A stretch of 64,000 nt of DNA from Dehalococcoidia bacterium. GTDB taxonomy: Bacteria > Chloroflexota > Dehalococcoidia > Bin125. The first letter of the stretch is position 1, and every line of letters begins with the position of its first letter. The stretch spans positions 512,001-576,000 of the forward strand of contig CAXXSR010000002.1 of the NCBI GenBank assembly GCA_963662615.2, in the 5' to 3' direction. Under the pieces are notes generated by a model. It was given only the letters and a program-made list of their open reading frames with translations. It did no database searches and was not told the origin of the DNA. The position numbers and the translations under genes are program-made. This document shows positions 9,661 to 19,119 of this stretch, piece by piece.

Positions 9661-10818
9661 ATGGCAGGAAACGGCAACGGACAGGAGCCGGTCCTGGTCG
9701 TGATCCAGCTGACCGGCGGCGTGGACTTCATGAACACGCTCGTCCCCTACACCAACGGCGCCTATCACGACGCCAGACCGGCCGTGGGCATCAAACCCGA
9801 TGAGGTGCTGCCGATTAACGACACCCTGGGGTTCCATCCCTCGGCGGCGCGACTGAAGGATCTGTACGACGACGGCAAAGTCGCGGTGGTGCAGGGCATC
9901 GGCTACGAGAACTCCAGCCGCTCCCACTTCCGCGGCATGGACATCTGGCACACCTGCGAGCCCGACAAGATCTCCACCCAAGGCTGGGTCGCCAAGGTCA
10001 TTCGGGAACTCGATCCTGACAGCGAGAACCCGCTGACCTGCGTCAGCTTCGGCCGCGGCCTGCCCCGAGCCCTGGCCGCGCCCGGCGTCACCGCGACCTC
10101 CGTAGGCGACCTGGACAATTACGGGCTCATGACGGATGCCGAGATTGAGCAGGAGCGGGCCGAGGATCTGGAACTTTTCAAGCGCATGTACACGCCGGCG
10201 GTTGGCGCCGGGGTGGTGACGGACTACCTGGGGCAGACCGGCCGGGACGCGCTGGCCGGCGCGGATGTGCTCAAGCAGGCCCCGGCCCGCTATACCACCA
10301 ACGTGGAGTGGGGAGCGAACCCCATCGCCAAGAGCCTGCGAGACGTCGCCAGGGTCCACACGGCGGGGCTGGGGACCCGGATCTTCTACGCCCAGCACGG
10401 CGGCTACGACCACCACTCGCACGAGCTGCCCAACTTGTCCCGGCTGCTGGGCGAACTGACCGGCGCGATCTCCGACCTCCAGCAGGACCTGCGCGAGCAC
10501 AACGCGGCCGACGAGGTCACGTTCCTGGTGTTCACGGAGTTCGGCCGTCGCATGAAGGACAACGGCTCCGGCACGGACCACGGCTCCGGCGGCGGCGCCT
10601 ACATTATTGGCGAGCACGTGGCGGGCGGTCTCTACGCGGAGTATCCGCCCCTGGACCCCGCCGACTGGTTGAACAGCGAGGACCTCCGCCACACGATTGA
10701 CTTCCGCGGGATCTACGGCACGGTGCTGGAGCAGTGGATGGGGATCGATCCGGTTCCCATGGTGGGCGGCAGTTTCGAGCAGATCCGTCCCTACACGAAG
10801 ACGCTGGTGGGTGCCTAG
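9661..10818 (+). CDS. DUF1501 family protein (no Tat signal visible)
   Basis: LVVIQLTGG.D..NTLVP, SRSHFR, GGYDHH, TEFGRR..DNGSGTDHG, DFRGIY. Confidence 0.92.
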   Translation: MAGNGNGQEPVLVVIQLTGGVDFMNTLVPYTNGAYHDARPAVGIKPDEVLPINDTLGFHPSAARLKDLYDDGKVAVVQGIGYENSSRSHFRGMDIWHTCEPDKISTQGWVAKVIRELDPDSENPLTCVSFGRGLPRALAAPGVTATSVGDLDNYGLMTDAEIEQERAEDLELFKRMYTPAVGAGVVTDYLGQTGRDALAGADVLKQAPARYTTNVEWGANPIAKSLRDVARVHTAGLGTRIFYAQHGGYDHHSHELPNLSRLLGELTGAISDLQQDLREHNAADEVTFLVFTEFGRRMKDNGSGTDHGSGGGAYIIGEHVAGGLYAEYPPLDPADWLNSEDLRHTIDFRGIYGTVLEQWMGIDPVPMVGGSFEQIRPYTKTLVGA

Positions 10819-10861
10819 CCGCGCGCAGGCCCGACCGCTTGAGGGGGAAAGGGAGGGAACC

Positions 10862-11908
10862 GTGGGAGAAGCAAATGGGAAGAGGCCGCACGCGCTGCTC
10901 AGGGCTGGCTTCCCCTACCTGACCACGCTGGGGATGCGGCGTGTCACGACGTTCTGCATGGACCTCGCCATCGGCGATGAGGGGCGCTTGTACGTCCTCT
11001 GCCGCAATGACCTCCCCAACCCGTTCGCCGGCAGCAACAACATCCGCCGCATGAACTGGGACGGTGAGGACCTGGGGACCATTGGCAGCACCGGGTCGGG
11101 CGACGGTGCCTTCATCTGGCCTGCCTGTCTGGTCCGCGACCGAGCGGAGAATCTCTACGTCTCGGACGAGGGCTTGCACCGCATCTCGGCGTTCAGCGGG
11201 GAGGGAGACTTCCTGGGCAAATGGGGGACGCAAGGGTCCGGCCCGGGCGAGCTGAACCGCCCTTCCGGTCTCGCCTTCGACGCCGAGGAGAACCTCTACG
11301 TCGCCGACACGTTGAACCATCGCATTCAGAAGTTCACCAAGGACGGGAAGTTCCTGGACCAGTGGGGCCGCCAGGGCGCCGGCGAGGGCGAGTTCAACAT
11401 GCCCTGGGGCTTGACCGTGGACGCCGACGGCGACGTCTACGTCGCCGACTGGCGCAACGACCGCGTCCAGAAGCTCAGCCCGGACGGCGCCTTCATCACG
11501 CAGTTCGGCCGCTCGGGCGACGGCGACGGGGAGTTCAACCGTCCCAGCGGCGTGGCGGTGGACGCCGACGGCGACATCTACGTCGCCGACCGCGGCAACA
11601 ACCGCGTCCAACTCTTCGACCGCGGCGGCCGCTTCGTGGAGAAGTTCCTGGGAGACGCGACGCTCTCCAAGATGGGCCGTGACTACATCATGGCCAACCC
11701 CAAGGTTCTGCGCCTGCGGGAGATGGTGAGCTTGGAGCCAACCAAGCGGCTGCGCTCGCCTACCTCAGTGCGGGTGGACGCCGAGGGGCGGCTGTACGTG
11801 GTGGACTTCGCCTCGCACCGCATCCAGGTCTACAAGAAAGAGGCCTATCCTCTAGCGGAGGATGAGGTCATGCCCGCGCCGCCGGCGCCCATGCTGATGA
11901 CCGTCTGA
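10862..11908 (+). CDS. NHL-repeat beta-propeller protein
   Basis: Repeated G.F..P.G.AVD.DG..YVAD..N.R.Q.F units; GTG start after GGGAGGG. Confidence 0.9.
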   Translation: MGEANGKRPHALLRAGFPYLTTLGMRRVTTFCMDLAIGDEGRLYVLCRNDLPNPFAGSNNIRRMNWDGEDLGTIGSTGSGDGAFIWPACLVRDRAENLYVSDEGLHRISAFSGEGDFLGKWGTQGSGPGELNRPSGLAFDAEENLYVADTLNHRIQKFTKDGKFLDQWGRQGAGEGEFNMPWGLTVDADGDVYVADWRNDRVQKLSPDGAFITQFGRSGDGDGEFNRPSGVAVDADGDIYVADRGNNRVQLFDRGGRFVEKFLGDATLSKMGRDYIMANPKVLRLREMVSLEPTKRLRSPTSVRVDAEGRLYVVDFASHRIQVYKKEAYPLAEDEVMPAPPAPMLMTV

Positions 11909-11951
11909 TCTCGATCCGCGTGAGATCGGGCTGAGCCGCGGAAGGCGCGCT

Positions 11952-12293
11952 ATGCCGCTGATGTTCGGCTTCGCGCAGCAGCGGCGCAAACTCCTGGAGG
12001 CCGAACTGCTGCGGATCGCCGCTGAGCTGCCGGCGTTGGACGTGGAGCGCGCCGACCTGACCGGCGATCTCGCCTGCGATCGGGTGCAACGCGACTCCGA
12101 GCTGGAGTTGGTGCTCGTCCATCGCACGGGCGAAGCGTTCCATCGGCGCTCGGACTACTTCGTCGACCATCTCCGCCCTCGTGTGGGCACGCGCTTCCAC
12201 GTTTACACGCCCGAGGAGTTCAGGCAGCTGTCCGAGACGGATCCGCTCCTGCAACGGGCACGGCAGCTCGGGTCGCCGGTCTATGTCGTCTGA
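11952..12293 (+). CDS. Minimal nucleotidyltransferase (MNT)-like protein, catalytic motif degenerate
   Basis: Overall MNT pattern (LLEAELLRI...VYTPEEF...P.L..A...G..VY) but LTGDLA...SELELV in place of LFGS.A...SDIDL. Confidence 0.7.
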   Translation: MPLMFGFAQQRRKLLEAELLRIAAELPALDVERADLTGDLACDRVQRDSELELVLVHRTGEAFHRRSDYFVDHLRPRVGTRFHVYTPEEFRQLSETDPLLQRARQLGSPVYVV

Positions 12294-12723
12294 CGCCGGC
12301 CGTCCTCCTCCGGGAGGGCCGCGGGAGTCCGCTCGCTGGCTGAAGCAGGCCGGCCATGACCTGAGCGACGCCCGCCTCTGCGCGGGGGCCGGGCGCCACG
12401 CCCTGGCCTGCTTCCTCAGTCATGCCTGCGCCGAGAAGGCGGTGACCGCGTACTTGCTGGCACAAGGGGCGGAAGAGGTCTGGGGTCATGCGCTGGCCGA
12501 CCTCTGCACCGACGCGATGGCGTTCGACCCTTCGTTCGACTTCATCAAGTCCAGTGCGCCCCTCTTGGACAAGTACTACCTGGGGGCACGCTATCCGTCG
12601 GGCTTGCCGGGCGGCGTCCCCGCTGAAGCGTTCGATTCGCATGACTCGGAGCGGGCCCTGGCGATCGCGGCGGACGTGTACGAGTTCGTGGAGGGCCGGA
12701 TTCAGGCGGCCGGCGAGCCTTGA
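12283..12723 (+). CDS. HEPN-domain protein (MNT-associated type)
   Basis: RWLKQA..DL..A, ACF....AEKA, GH.L, LDKYY..ARYP; overlaps the MNT stop. Confidence 0.85.
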   Translation: MSSDAGRPPPGGPRESARWLKQAGHDLSDARLCAGAGRHALACFLSHACAEKAVTAYLLAQGAEEVWGHALADLCTDAMAFDPSFDFIKSSAPLLDKYYLGARYPSGLPGGVPAEAFDSHDSERALAIAADVYEFVEGRIQAAGEP

Positions 12724-12780
12724 AGCGGCGTCGCCGGGAGCGGCAGGGGGCTGCGGGGAGAGCGGCTGGAGCGGTGGCCG

Positions 12781-13776
12781 TCAGGCGGGCTCAATGACCG
12801 GGGCCAACCGGCTGGGCGCCTGCGCGCCGCGACCGGGGATCTGGCTCTCCGCGTGATACGACGAGCGCACCAACGGCCCCGCCTCGACATGCTTGAAGCC
12901 CAACGCCCGGGCCCTTGCGCCGAGCGCGTCGAACTCATCCGGCCGCACGAATCGCGCCACGGGGAGATGCTTCATGCTCGGCCGCAGGTACTGCCCCACG
13001 GTCAGGACGTCGCAGTCCGCGTCGCGCAGGTCACGCAGGACTTGATGCACTTCCGCCGTCGTCTCGCCCAAGCCCAGCATGATGCCGCTCTTGGTGACCG
13101 GGCGTGGCCGCCAGCCCGCCGCCCGGCGCAGCAGCGCCAGCGAGCGTTCGTAGCGCGCTTTATGGCGCACTCGGCGGTAGAGCCGCGGCACGGTCTCGGT
13201 GTTGTGATTGAGGATGTCGGGCTGCGCCGCGAGCACCGTCTCTAATGCCTTCCAGTCGCCTTGGAAATCGGGGATCAGCAGCTCAATGGAGGTCTGCGGC
13301 ATCAAGCGCCGGATCCATCGCACCGTGTCGTCGAAGATGGCCGCGCCCCCGTCCGCCTGGTCGTCTCGGTTGACGGACGTGATCACCGCGTGCCGGAGCC
13401 CCATTCGCTGGACGGCCATGGCCACGCGGCGCGGCTCGTCCAGGTCCAGCTCCCCAGGACGGCCGCTCGTGATCTGGCAAAAGCCGCAGGCGCGCGTGCA
13501 GACGTCGCCCAGGATGAGGAAGGTGGCCGTGCCCCGATTCCAGCAGTCGCCGATGTTGGGGCAGTGCGCCTCTTCACAGACCGTATGGAGGTCACTCTGG
13601 CGCATGAGGCGGTGCAGGCGCGTGTAATTCGCTCCGCTGGGAGCGCGCACCTTCAGCCACGGTGGTTTCAGGCCGGGTGGCTTCAGGCCCGCTGGTTTCG
13701 GCCCCGCCGCGCCGTGCTCTCTCTGCCTGGGAACGGCTGCCGCCTGGGAGGCGCTGCGCTCGATCATCGCGACCAT
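12781..13776 (-). CDS. lipA: Lipoyl synthase
   Basis: [26 protein letters not shown] radical SAM motif, [10 protein letters not shown]. Confidence 0.97.
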   Translation of the reverse strand: MVAMIERSASQAAAVPRQREHGAAGPKPAGLKPPGLKPPWLKVRAPSGANYTRLHRLMRQSDLHTVCEEAHCPNIGDCWNRGTATFLILGDVCTRACGFCQITSGRPGELDLDEPRRVAMAVQRMGLRHAVITSVNRDDQADGGAAIFDDTVRWIRRLMPQTSIELLIPDFQGDWKALETVLAAQPDILNHNTETVPRLYRRVRHKARYERSLALLRRAAGWRPRPVTKSGIMLGLGETTAEVHQVLRDLRDADCDVLTVGQYLRPSMKHLPVARFVRPDEFDALGARARALGFKHVEAGPLVRSSYHAESQIPGRGAQAPSRLAPVIEPA

Positions 13777-13873
13777 GCTAGCAGCGCCCGCGACGGCGAG
13801 CGGCCAGCGCGACCCCGGTCGCCGGCGGGCGAAATCGCACCGCGGGCGCGCTTCAAGCTATGGTGGAGATGCC

Positions 13874-14539
13874 GTGTTCCGGGTCACCTTCGTCACCGCC
13901 GATGACGCGCTGGCCGATAGCGTGGTGGAACCGCTGCGCGCCGCCGGATTCGAGGTGCTGCGCCTCACCGGCTTCGAGGAGGGCGTGGAACCGGACCCCG
14001 CCGCCGCGCCTGACGTCCTCACGCTAGACCTCCGCAACGCGGGCAAGCCCAGCCGCTCCCCCTTGCAAGACGCCTGGGCCACCTCGTTCGCGCTGGCGCT
14101 GGTGACGCCGGCCCAGGTGGCCAGTCTTGACCCCGCCTGCGGCATTGACGACTTCATCGTCACGCCGCTCCATGTCCCCGAGTTCGTGGCCCGGGTGGAG
14201 CAGGCGCTCTGGCGCCACGGGCGCTCCACCAGGCGGAACACCATTGCCGCCGGTGAGCTGCTGATGGACATGACGAACTATCAGGTGTTCGAGTCAGGCC
14301 GGGCCATCACGCTCACGTACAAGGAGTTTGAGCTGCTGCGCTTCCTGATGACGCACGCGGGCAGTGTCTTTGGCCGCGAGCAACTCCTCAATCGGGTGTG
14401 GGGCTACCACTATTACGGCGGCTCCCGCACGGTGGACGTCCACATCCGCCGGCTCCGCAGCAAGCTCGCCGGCTCCCGCTACGACTACATTGAGACGCTG
14501 CGAAACGTGGGCTACCGCTTCAGCGAGCCACTGCGCTAG
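13874..14539 (+). CDS. glnR: GlnR-like orphan OmpR-family response regulator
   Basis: Atypical receiver (GIDDFIVTP, conserved Lys absent), LTYKEFELL, VWGYHYYGGSRTVDVHIRRLRSKL; directly upstream of glnA. Confidence 0.7.
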   Translation: MFRVTFVTADDALADSVVEPLRAAGFEVLRLTGFEEGVEPDPAAAPDVLTLDLRNAGKPSRSPLQDAWATSFALALVTPAQVASLDPACGIDDFIVTPLHVPEFVARVEQALWRHGRSTRRNTIAAGELLMDMTNYQVFESGRAITLTYKEFELLRFLMTHAGSVFGREQLLNRVWGYHYYGGSRTVDVHIRRLRSKLAGSRYDYIETLRNVGYRFSEPLR

Positions 14540-14581
14540 CGCCGACGCCGGCGGCGCGGTCCCCGCACCGGGGCGGCGAAG

Positions 14582-14636
14582 TTAACCAGGCCGTAACACC
14601 GGCGGTCCCGGCGTCGGAGCCCCCCACACGTATACT
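14582..14636 (+). promoter_or_regulatory. glnA promoter with GlnR-type box
   Basis: TTAAC-N6-GTAAC (14582-14597) and -10 TATACT (14631-14636). Confidence 0.65.
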
Positions 14637-14723
14637 TTGCCCGGCCGGCCCTGCGGCGTCTCCGCAGCGGGATCCGCCTCATTGATCAAACCCGGCGTGC
14701 GACAGGTGGAGAGGTCGAACACG

Positions 14724-16136
14724 ATGGAATCGAGCGAGGTCCGCCGCTTCATTGAAGACAACGAGGTCGCGATGGTTGACCTCAAGTTCACCGACCTGCT
14801 GGGGACCTGGCAGCATTTCTCCATTACCCCGGACGAAGTGACGGACGGGCTGTTCCACAACGGCATTGGCTTCGACGGCAGCAGCATCCGCGCCTTCCAG
14901 GGGATCGAGCGGTCCGACATGAACCTGATCCCGGACCCCGCAACGGCGGTGCTGGACCCGTTCACCAGCCACAAGACGCTCCACATGCTGGCCGACATAC
15001 ATGATCCCATCACGGGCGAGCGCTACCACAAAGATCCGCGCGGCGTGGCCCAGCGCGCGGAGGCGTACCTCAAGACCACCGGGCTCGCCGACACGTCCTA
15101 TTGGGGGCCCGAATGCGAGTTCTTCGTCTTTGACGACGTGCGCTACGACAGTGGGCGCAACGAGGCGTACTACCACGTGGACTCGGTAGAGGCGGCCTGG
15201 AACACCGGCCGCCAGGAGCAGCCCAACCTGGCCTATAAGACAAACTACAAAGAAGGCTACTTCCCAGCCCCCCCCCGCGACACGCTCCAGGACCTGCGCA
15301 CCGAGATGGTGCTGAAAATGCAAAAGTGGGGGCTGCAGGTGGAGATCCATCACCATGAGGTGGGGACGGCCGGCCAGTGCGAGATTGACCTCCGCTACGC
15401 GCCGCTGTCGCGGATGGCGGACAGCGTCATGATCTACAAGCACGTGGTCCGCAACGTGGCGCGGGACGCCGGCAAGGTCGCCACGTTCATGCCCAAGCCG
15501 ATCTTCGAGGACAACGGCAGCGGCATGCACGTGCACCAGTCGCTCTGGCGCGGCGACACCAACCTCTTTTTCGACGCCAAAGGCTACGCACTCGCCTCAC
15601 AAACGGCGATGCACTACATCGGCGGACTGATCAAGCACGCCGCCGCCCTGATGGCCTTCTGCGCGCCCACGACCAACAGCTACAAGCGGCTGGTCCCCGG
15701 CTACGAAGCGCCCACCATGTTGGTCTACAGCGCCCGCAATCGCAGCGCCGCCATCCGTATCCCAATGTATTCCAGCGCGCCCCACGCGAAGCGGCTGGAG
15801 TTCCGCTCCCCGGATCCCACCGCCAACCCCTACCTTGCCTTCTCGGCGATGTTGCTGGCCGGCCTGGACGGTATTGAGAACAAGCTCGACCCCGGCGACC
15901 CGGTCGACGTTGACGTCTACGAGCTGGATCCGCTCGAAGGCGACCATCCGCAGGTTCCCAGCTCGCTGGAGGGCGCGCTCGACGCCCTCAAGGACGACCA
16001 CGAGTTCTTGGTCAAAGGCGGCGTCTTTTCGGAGGATCTAATCGAAACCTGGATCAGTTACAAGCGTGAGAATGAGATCGATGCGGTCCGCATCCGCCCG
16101 CATCCGCACGAATTCCAACTGTACTTCGATGCCTAA
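14724..16136 (+). CDS. glnA: Glutamine synthetase type I-beta
   Basis: FDGSSI, HHEVGTAGQCEI, FMPKPIFEDNGSGMHVHQS, NSYKRLVPGYEAP, adenylylation-site Tyr (DVYELDP). Confidence 0.97.
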   Translation: MESSEVRRFIEDNEVAMVDLKFTDLLGTWQHFSITPDEVTDGLFHNGIGFDGSSIRAFQGIERSDMNLIPDPATAVLDPFTSHKTLHMLADIHDPITGERYHKDPRGVAQRAEAYLKTTGLADTSYWGPECEFFVFDDVRYDSGRNEAYYHVDSVEAAWNTGRQEQPNLAYKTNYKEGYFPAPPRDTLQDLRTEMVLKMQKWGLQVEIHHHEVGTAGQCEIDLRYAPLSRMADSVMIYKHVVRNVARDAGKVATFMPKPIFEDNGSGMHVHQSLWRGDTNLFFDAKGYALASQTAMHYIGGLIKHAAALMAFCAPTTNSYKRLVPGYEAPTMLVYSARNRSAAIRIPMYSSAPHAKRLEFRSPDPTANPYLAFSAMLLAGLDGIENKLDPGDPVDVDVYELDPLEGDHPQVPSSLEGALDALKDDHEFLVKGGVFSEDLIETWISYKRENEIDAVRIRPHPHEFQLYFDA

Positions 16137-16151
16137 ACTTTCGATGCCTAG
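16125..16151. repeat. 15-bp period duplication of the glnA stop region (CTAA/CTAG)
   Basis: TTCGATGCCTAAACT / TTCGATGCCTAG. Confidence 0.8.
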
Positions 16152-16208
16152 GCTGCGGCGGCCGCCGGCGGCGGCCGAACCGCGCTAGGCCGAACGAGGA
16201 CGGCCGGC

Positions 16209-17537
16209 ATGGTCGCGGAAACAACTGAGTACGTCCTGGCGACGGCGCGTGAGAACGACGTCACGTTCATCCGCCTCTGGTTCACGGACATTTTGGGCTC
16301 GCTCAAGTCCTTCGCCATCACCGTGGGTGAGCTGGAGAAGGCCATGGAGGAGGGGATGGGCTTCGACGGCTCGTCCATTGAGGGCTTCGCCCGCATCGAT
16401 GAGTCGGACATGATCGCGCGGCCGGATCCCAGTACGTTCGTGCTCCTGCCCTGGCGCCCGCAGCAGCACCGGGTGGCGCGCATGATCTGCGATATCCACC
16501 TCCCCGACGGCCGCCCCTTCTCCGGCGATCCCCGCTTCGTGCTCCGGCGCCAGTTGGAGCGGGCCGCGGCGCTGGGCTACACCTTCTACGTGGGTCCGGA
16601 GCTGGAGTACTTCTACTTCAAGGATCCGGAGCATCCGCAGCCCTTGGATGCGGGCGGCTACTTCGACCTCACTCCCCTGGACGTTGCCAGCGACCTGCGT
16701 CGTGAGACCGTCCTCACCTTGGAGGAGATGGGGATCGCGGTGGCCTACTCGCATCACGAAGCCGCTCCCAGCCAGCACGAGATCGACCTGCGCTACACGG
16801 ATGCGCTCACCATGGCGGACGCGGCCATGACCTACCGGTTGGTGGTCAAGGAGATCGCCTTGAAGCATGGCGTGTACGCGTCGTTCATGCCCAAGCCGCT
16901 GCCTCACGAAAATGGCAGCGGCATGCACGTGCACCAGTCGCTCTTCCGCGGCGACGAGAACGACTTCTTCGACCCCACGGCGTACGCGCACCTCTCGCCC
17001 AACGCGCGGCGCTATATCGCGGGCCTGCTCCAGCACGCAGGCGAGTTCACGCTGGTCACGAACCAGTGGGTCAACAGCTATAAGCGGCTCCAGCCCGGTT
17101 TCGAGGCGCCCGTCTACGTAACCTGGGCCAGGCGCAATCGCAGTGACCTGATCCGCATTCCCGAGTACCAGCCGGGCCGGGCTGACGCGACCCGCGTGGA
17201 GTATCGCGCCGCGGACTCGTCCTGCAATCCCTACCTGGCCTTCAGCGTGCTCTTGGCGGCGGGCCTGGACGGCATTGAGACGGAGGCGGAGCCGCCGCCG
17301 TCCACTGAAGAGAACGTCTTTCTCCTCAGCGACGCGGAACGCCGCGAGCGCGGCATTGAGACGCTGCCAGGATCCTTGGGCGAGGCGATCGACCTCTTCG
17401 CCGCCAGCTCCCTCATGAGGGAGACGTTGGGCGAGCACGTCTTTGCCAGCTTCCTGGAGAACAAGCGCATTGAATGGAACGAGTATCGCACGCACGTCTG
17501 CGACTTCGAGATGAAGCGCTATCTGCCCGTGCTCTAG
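16209..17537 (+). CDS. glnA2: Glutamine synthetase type I-alpha (GlnA2-like)
   Basis: RLWFTDILG, GFDGSSIEGFARIDESDM, HHEAAPSQHEID, NGSGMH; no adenylylation Tyr. Confidence 0.9.
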   Translation: MVAETTEYVLATARENDVTFIRLWFTDILGSLKSFAITVGELEKAMEEGMGFDGSSIEGFARIDESDMIARPDPSTFVLLPWRPQQHRVARMICDIHLPDGRPFSGDPRFVLRRQLERAAALGYTFYVGPELEYFYFKDPEHPQPLDAGGYFDLTPLDVASDLRRETVLTLEEMGIAVAYSHHEAAPSQHEIDLRYTDALTMADAAMTYRLVVKEIALKHGVYASFMPKPLPHENGSGMHVHQSLFRGDENDFFDPTAYAHLSPNARRYIAGLLQHAGEFTLVTNQWVNSYKRLQPGFEAPVYVTWARRNRSDLIRIPEYQPGRADATRVEYRAADSSCNPYLAFSVLLAAGLDGIETEAEPPPSTEENVFLLSDAERRERGIETLPGSLGEAIDLFAASSLMRETLGEHVFASFLENKRIEWNEYRTHVCDFEMKRYLPVL

Positions 17538-17564
17538 GCCGCCCGCGGGGGTGGCGCCGGCCTC

Positions 17565-17594
17565 TGTTTAGAATCCCGGTGTCTAGAATCCCTG
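17565..17594. repeat. 15-bp tandem duplication at the nuoN stop (TTAG/CTAG)
   Basis: TGTTTAGAATCCCGG / TGTCTAGAATCCCTG. Confidence 0.8.
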
Positions 17595-19118
17595 GAACAG
17601 CATGGCGGTGGCGTGGTCGATCGCGTTGAAGAGGGGGGCGGGGTACAGCCCCACCAGGAGCACGGCGGCCATCAAAACGGTGAGCGCTCCCATCATGGGC
17701 AGCGGGATGCGGAAGCGCGCCACGTCGTCGCCCTCCGGCTGGTACAGGTACATCTGTTTGATCACCATCAGGTAGTAGTAGAGGGAGACGAAGGACGCCG
17801 TGACGCCCATGGCTCCCAGCCACAGGAAGCCGTTGTTGACCGCTACCTGGAAGATGATGAACTTGGTCGCGAAGCCGGCGAACAGCGGCATGCCGGCCAG
17901 CGAGAAGAGCCCCATGGACAGGATCAAGGCCAAGTACGGCTGGCGCTCGGCCAGGCCGCGCAGGTCGGGGATATCGTCGCGGCCGGTGCGGTTGTAGAAC
18001 GCGATGATGGCGGCGAAGGCGACGATGTTCGTAGCCACGTAGCCCACCAGGTGGAAGACCAGCGCCGTGGCCGCGTCCTGCGACTCGCGCAGCGAGTCCG
18101 CGTTCAGCGCCACAATGCCAATGAGCAGATAGCCTCCCTGCGCGATCGATGAGTAGGCCAGCAGGCGCTTGAGATTGACCTGCCGCAGCGCCATGACGTT
18201 GCCAACGATCATCGACAAGGCCGCCATGATGGCCACCATCCAGGCCCACTCGTCGGCGGCGGGGAGCAGCCCCTCTGAGAACAGCCGCAGGAAGAAGGCG
18301 AAGGCCGCAGCCTTGCCGCCGGCGCTGAGGAACGCGGTGATCGGCAGCGGCGCCCCCTGGTAGGCGTCGGGCGTCCACTGGTGGAACGGCACCGCGGAGA
18401 CCTTGAAGCCGATTCCGGCGACGATCAGCACCAGGCCCACGATCAACCCCGGGCGCACGTCGGCCGGCAATGGCAGGGTGCTGTCCACGACCTGTGCGCC
18501 AAAATTTCCCAGCTGCTGGGCGATATTGCGGCCCGCTTCCACACCGTCAGGCTCAATCCCGCTGTAGGTGGTGGTGCCGGTCACGCCGTACAGCATGCTG
18601 AGGCCGAAGAGGAACAGCGCGGACGAGAACGCGCCCAGGAGCATGTACTTGAGGGAGCCCTCGTTGGAGAAGGGGTTGAGCTTGTTGAAGCCCACCAGGA
18701 TATAGAGGCTAAATGACATCAACTCCAGCGCCAGGTAGGCGGTGATCAGCTCCCGCGCCGACGCCAGGAGGATCATCCCCAGCGTGGCGAACATGATCAG
18801 GCCGTAGAACTCGCCGTGGTTCTTGAGCCGGTCGCCCGCGAACTGAATGGAGGCGATGATGGTGAAGAAGGCGATGCCCAGGAAAAAGACCCGGAAGAGC
18901 ACGGTGTAGTTGTCCACCGCCAGGACGTTGGCGAAGTCATCGTTCTCGTTGATGTAAAAGACGGCGGTGAGGATCAGCAGCAGGAGCAGACCGGCGGCCG
19001 AGACATAGCCCCAGACTTCTTGGCGGACCGCACGGAACGTCAGCGCCAGCGCCACCACCAGCGTGCCCAAGCCGGCCAGGACGAGCTCGGGGATGATCAG
19101 CTCGTACTCGAGATCCAT
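17583..19118 (-). CDS. nuoN: NADH-quinone oxidoreductase subunit N
   Basis: EGSLKYMLLG, FKVSAVPFHQWTPDAYQGAP, KRLLAYSSI. Confidence 0.95.
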   Translation of the reverse strand: MDLEYELIIPELVLAGLGTLVVALALTFRAVRQEVWGYVSAAGLLLLLILTAVFYINENDDFANVLAVDNYTVLFRVFFLGIAFFTIIASIQFAGDRLKNHGEFYGLIMFATLGMILLASARELITAYLALELMSFSLYILVGFNKLNPFSNEGSLKYMLLGAFSSALFLFGLSMLYGVTGTTTYSGIEPDGVEAGRNIAQQLGNFGAQVVDSTLPLPADVRPGLIVGLVLIVAGIGFKVSAVPFHQWTPDAYQGAPLPITAFLSAGGKAAAFAFFLRLFSEGLLPAADEWAWMVAIMAALSMIVGNVMALRQVNLKRLLAYSSIAQGGYLLIGIVALNADSLRESQDAATALVFHLVGYVATNIVAFAAIIAFYNRTGRDDIPDLRGLAERQPYLALILSMGLFSLAGMPLFAGFATKFIIFQVAVNNGFLWLGAMGVTASFVSLYYYLMVIKQMYLYQPEGDDVARFRIPLPMMGALTVLMAAVLLVGLYPAPLFNAIDHATAMLFQGF

Positions 19119-19119
19119 C

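Noticed and set aside
13651-13704. In-frame short repeats in lipA (KPPGL), and similar ones in the TPR protein, thpR and the 50229 gene
   Set aside because: They sit in low-complexity linkers and contain no CTAG; consistent with ordinary slippage.
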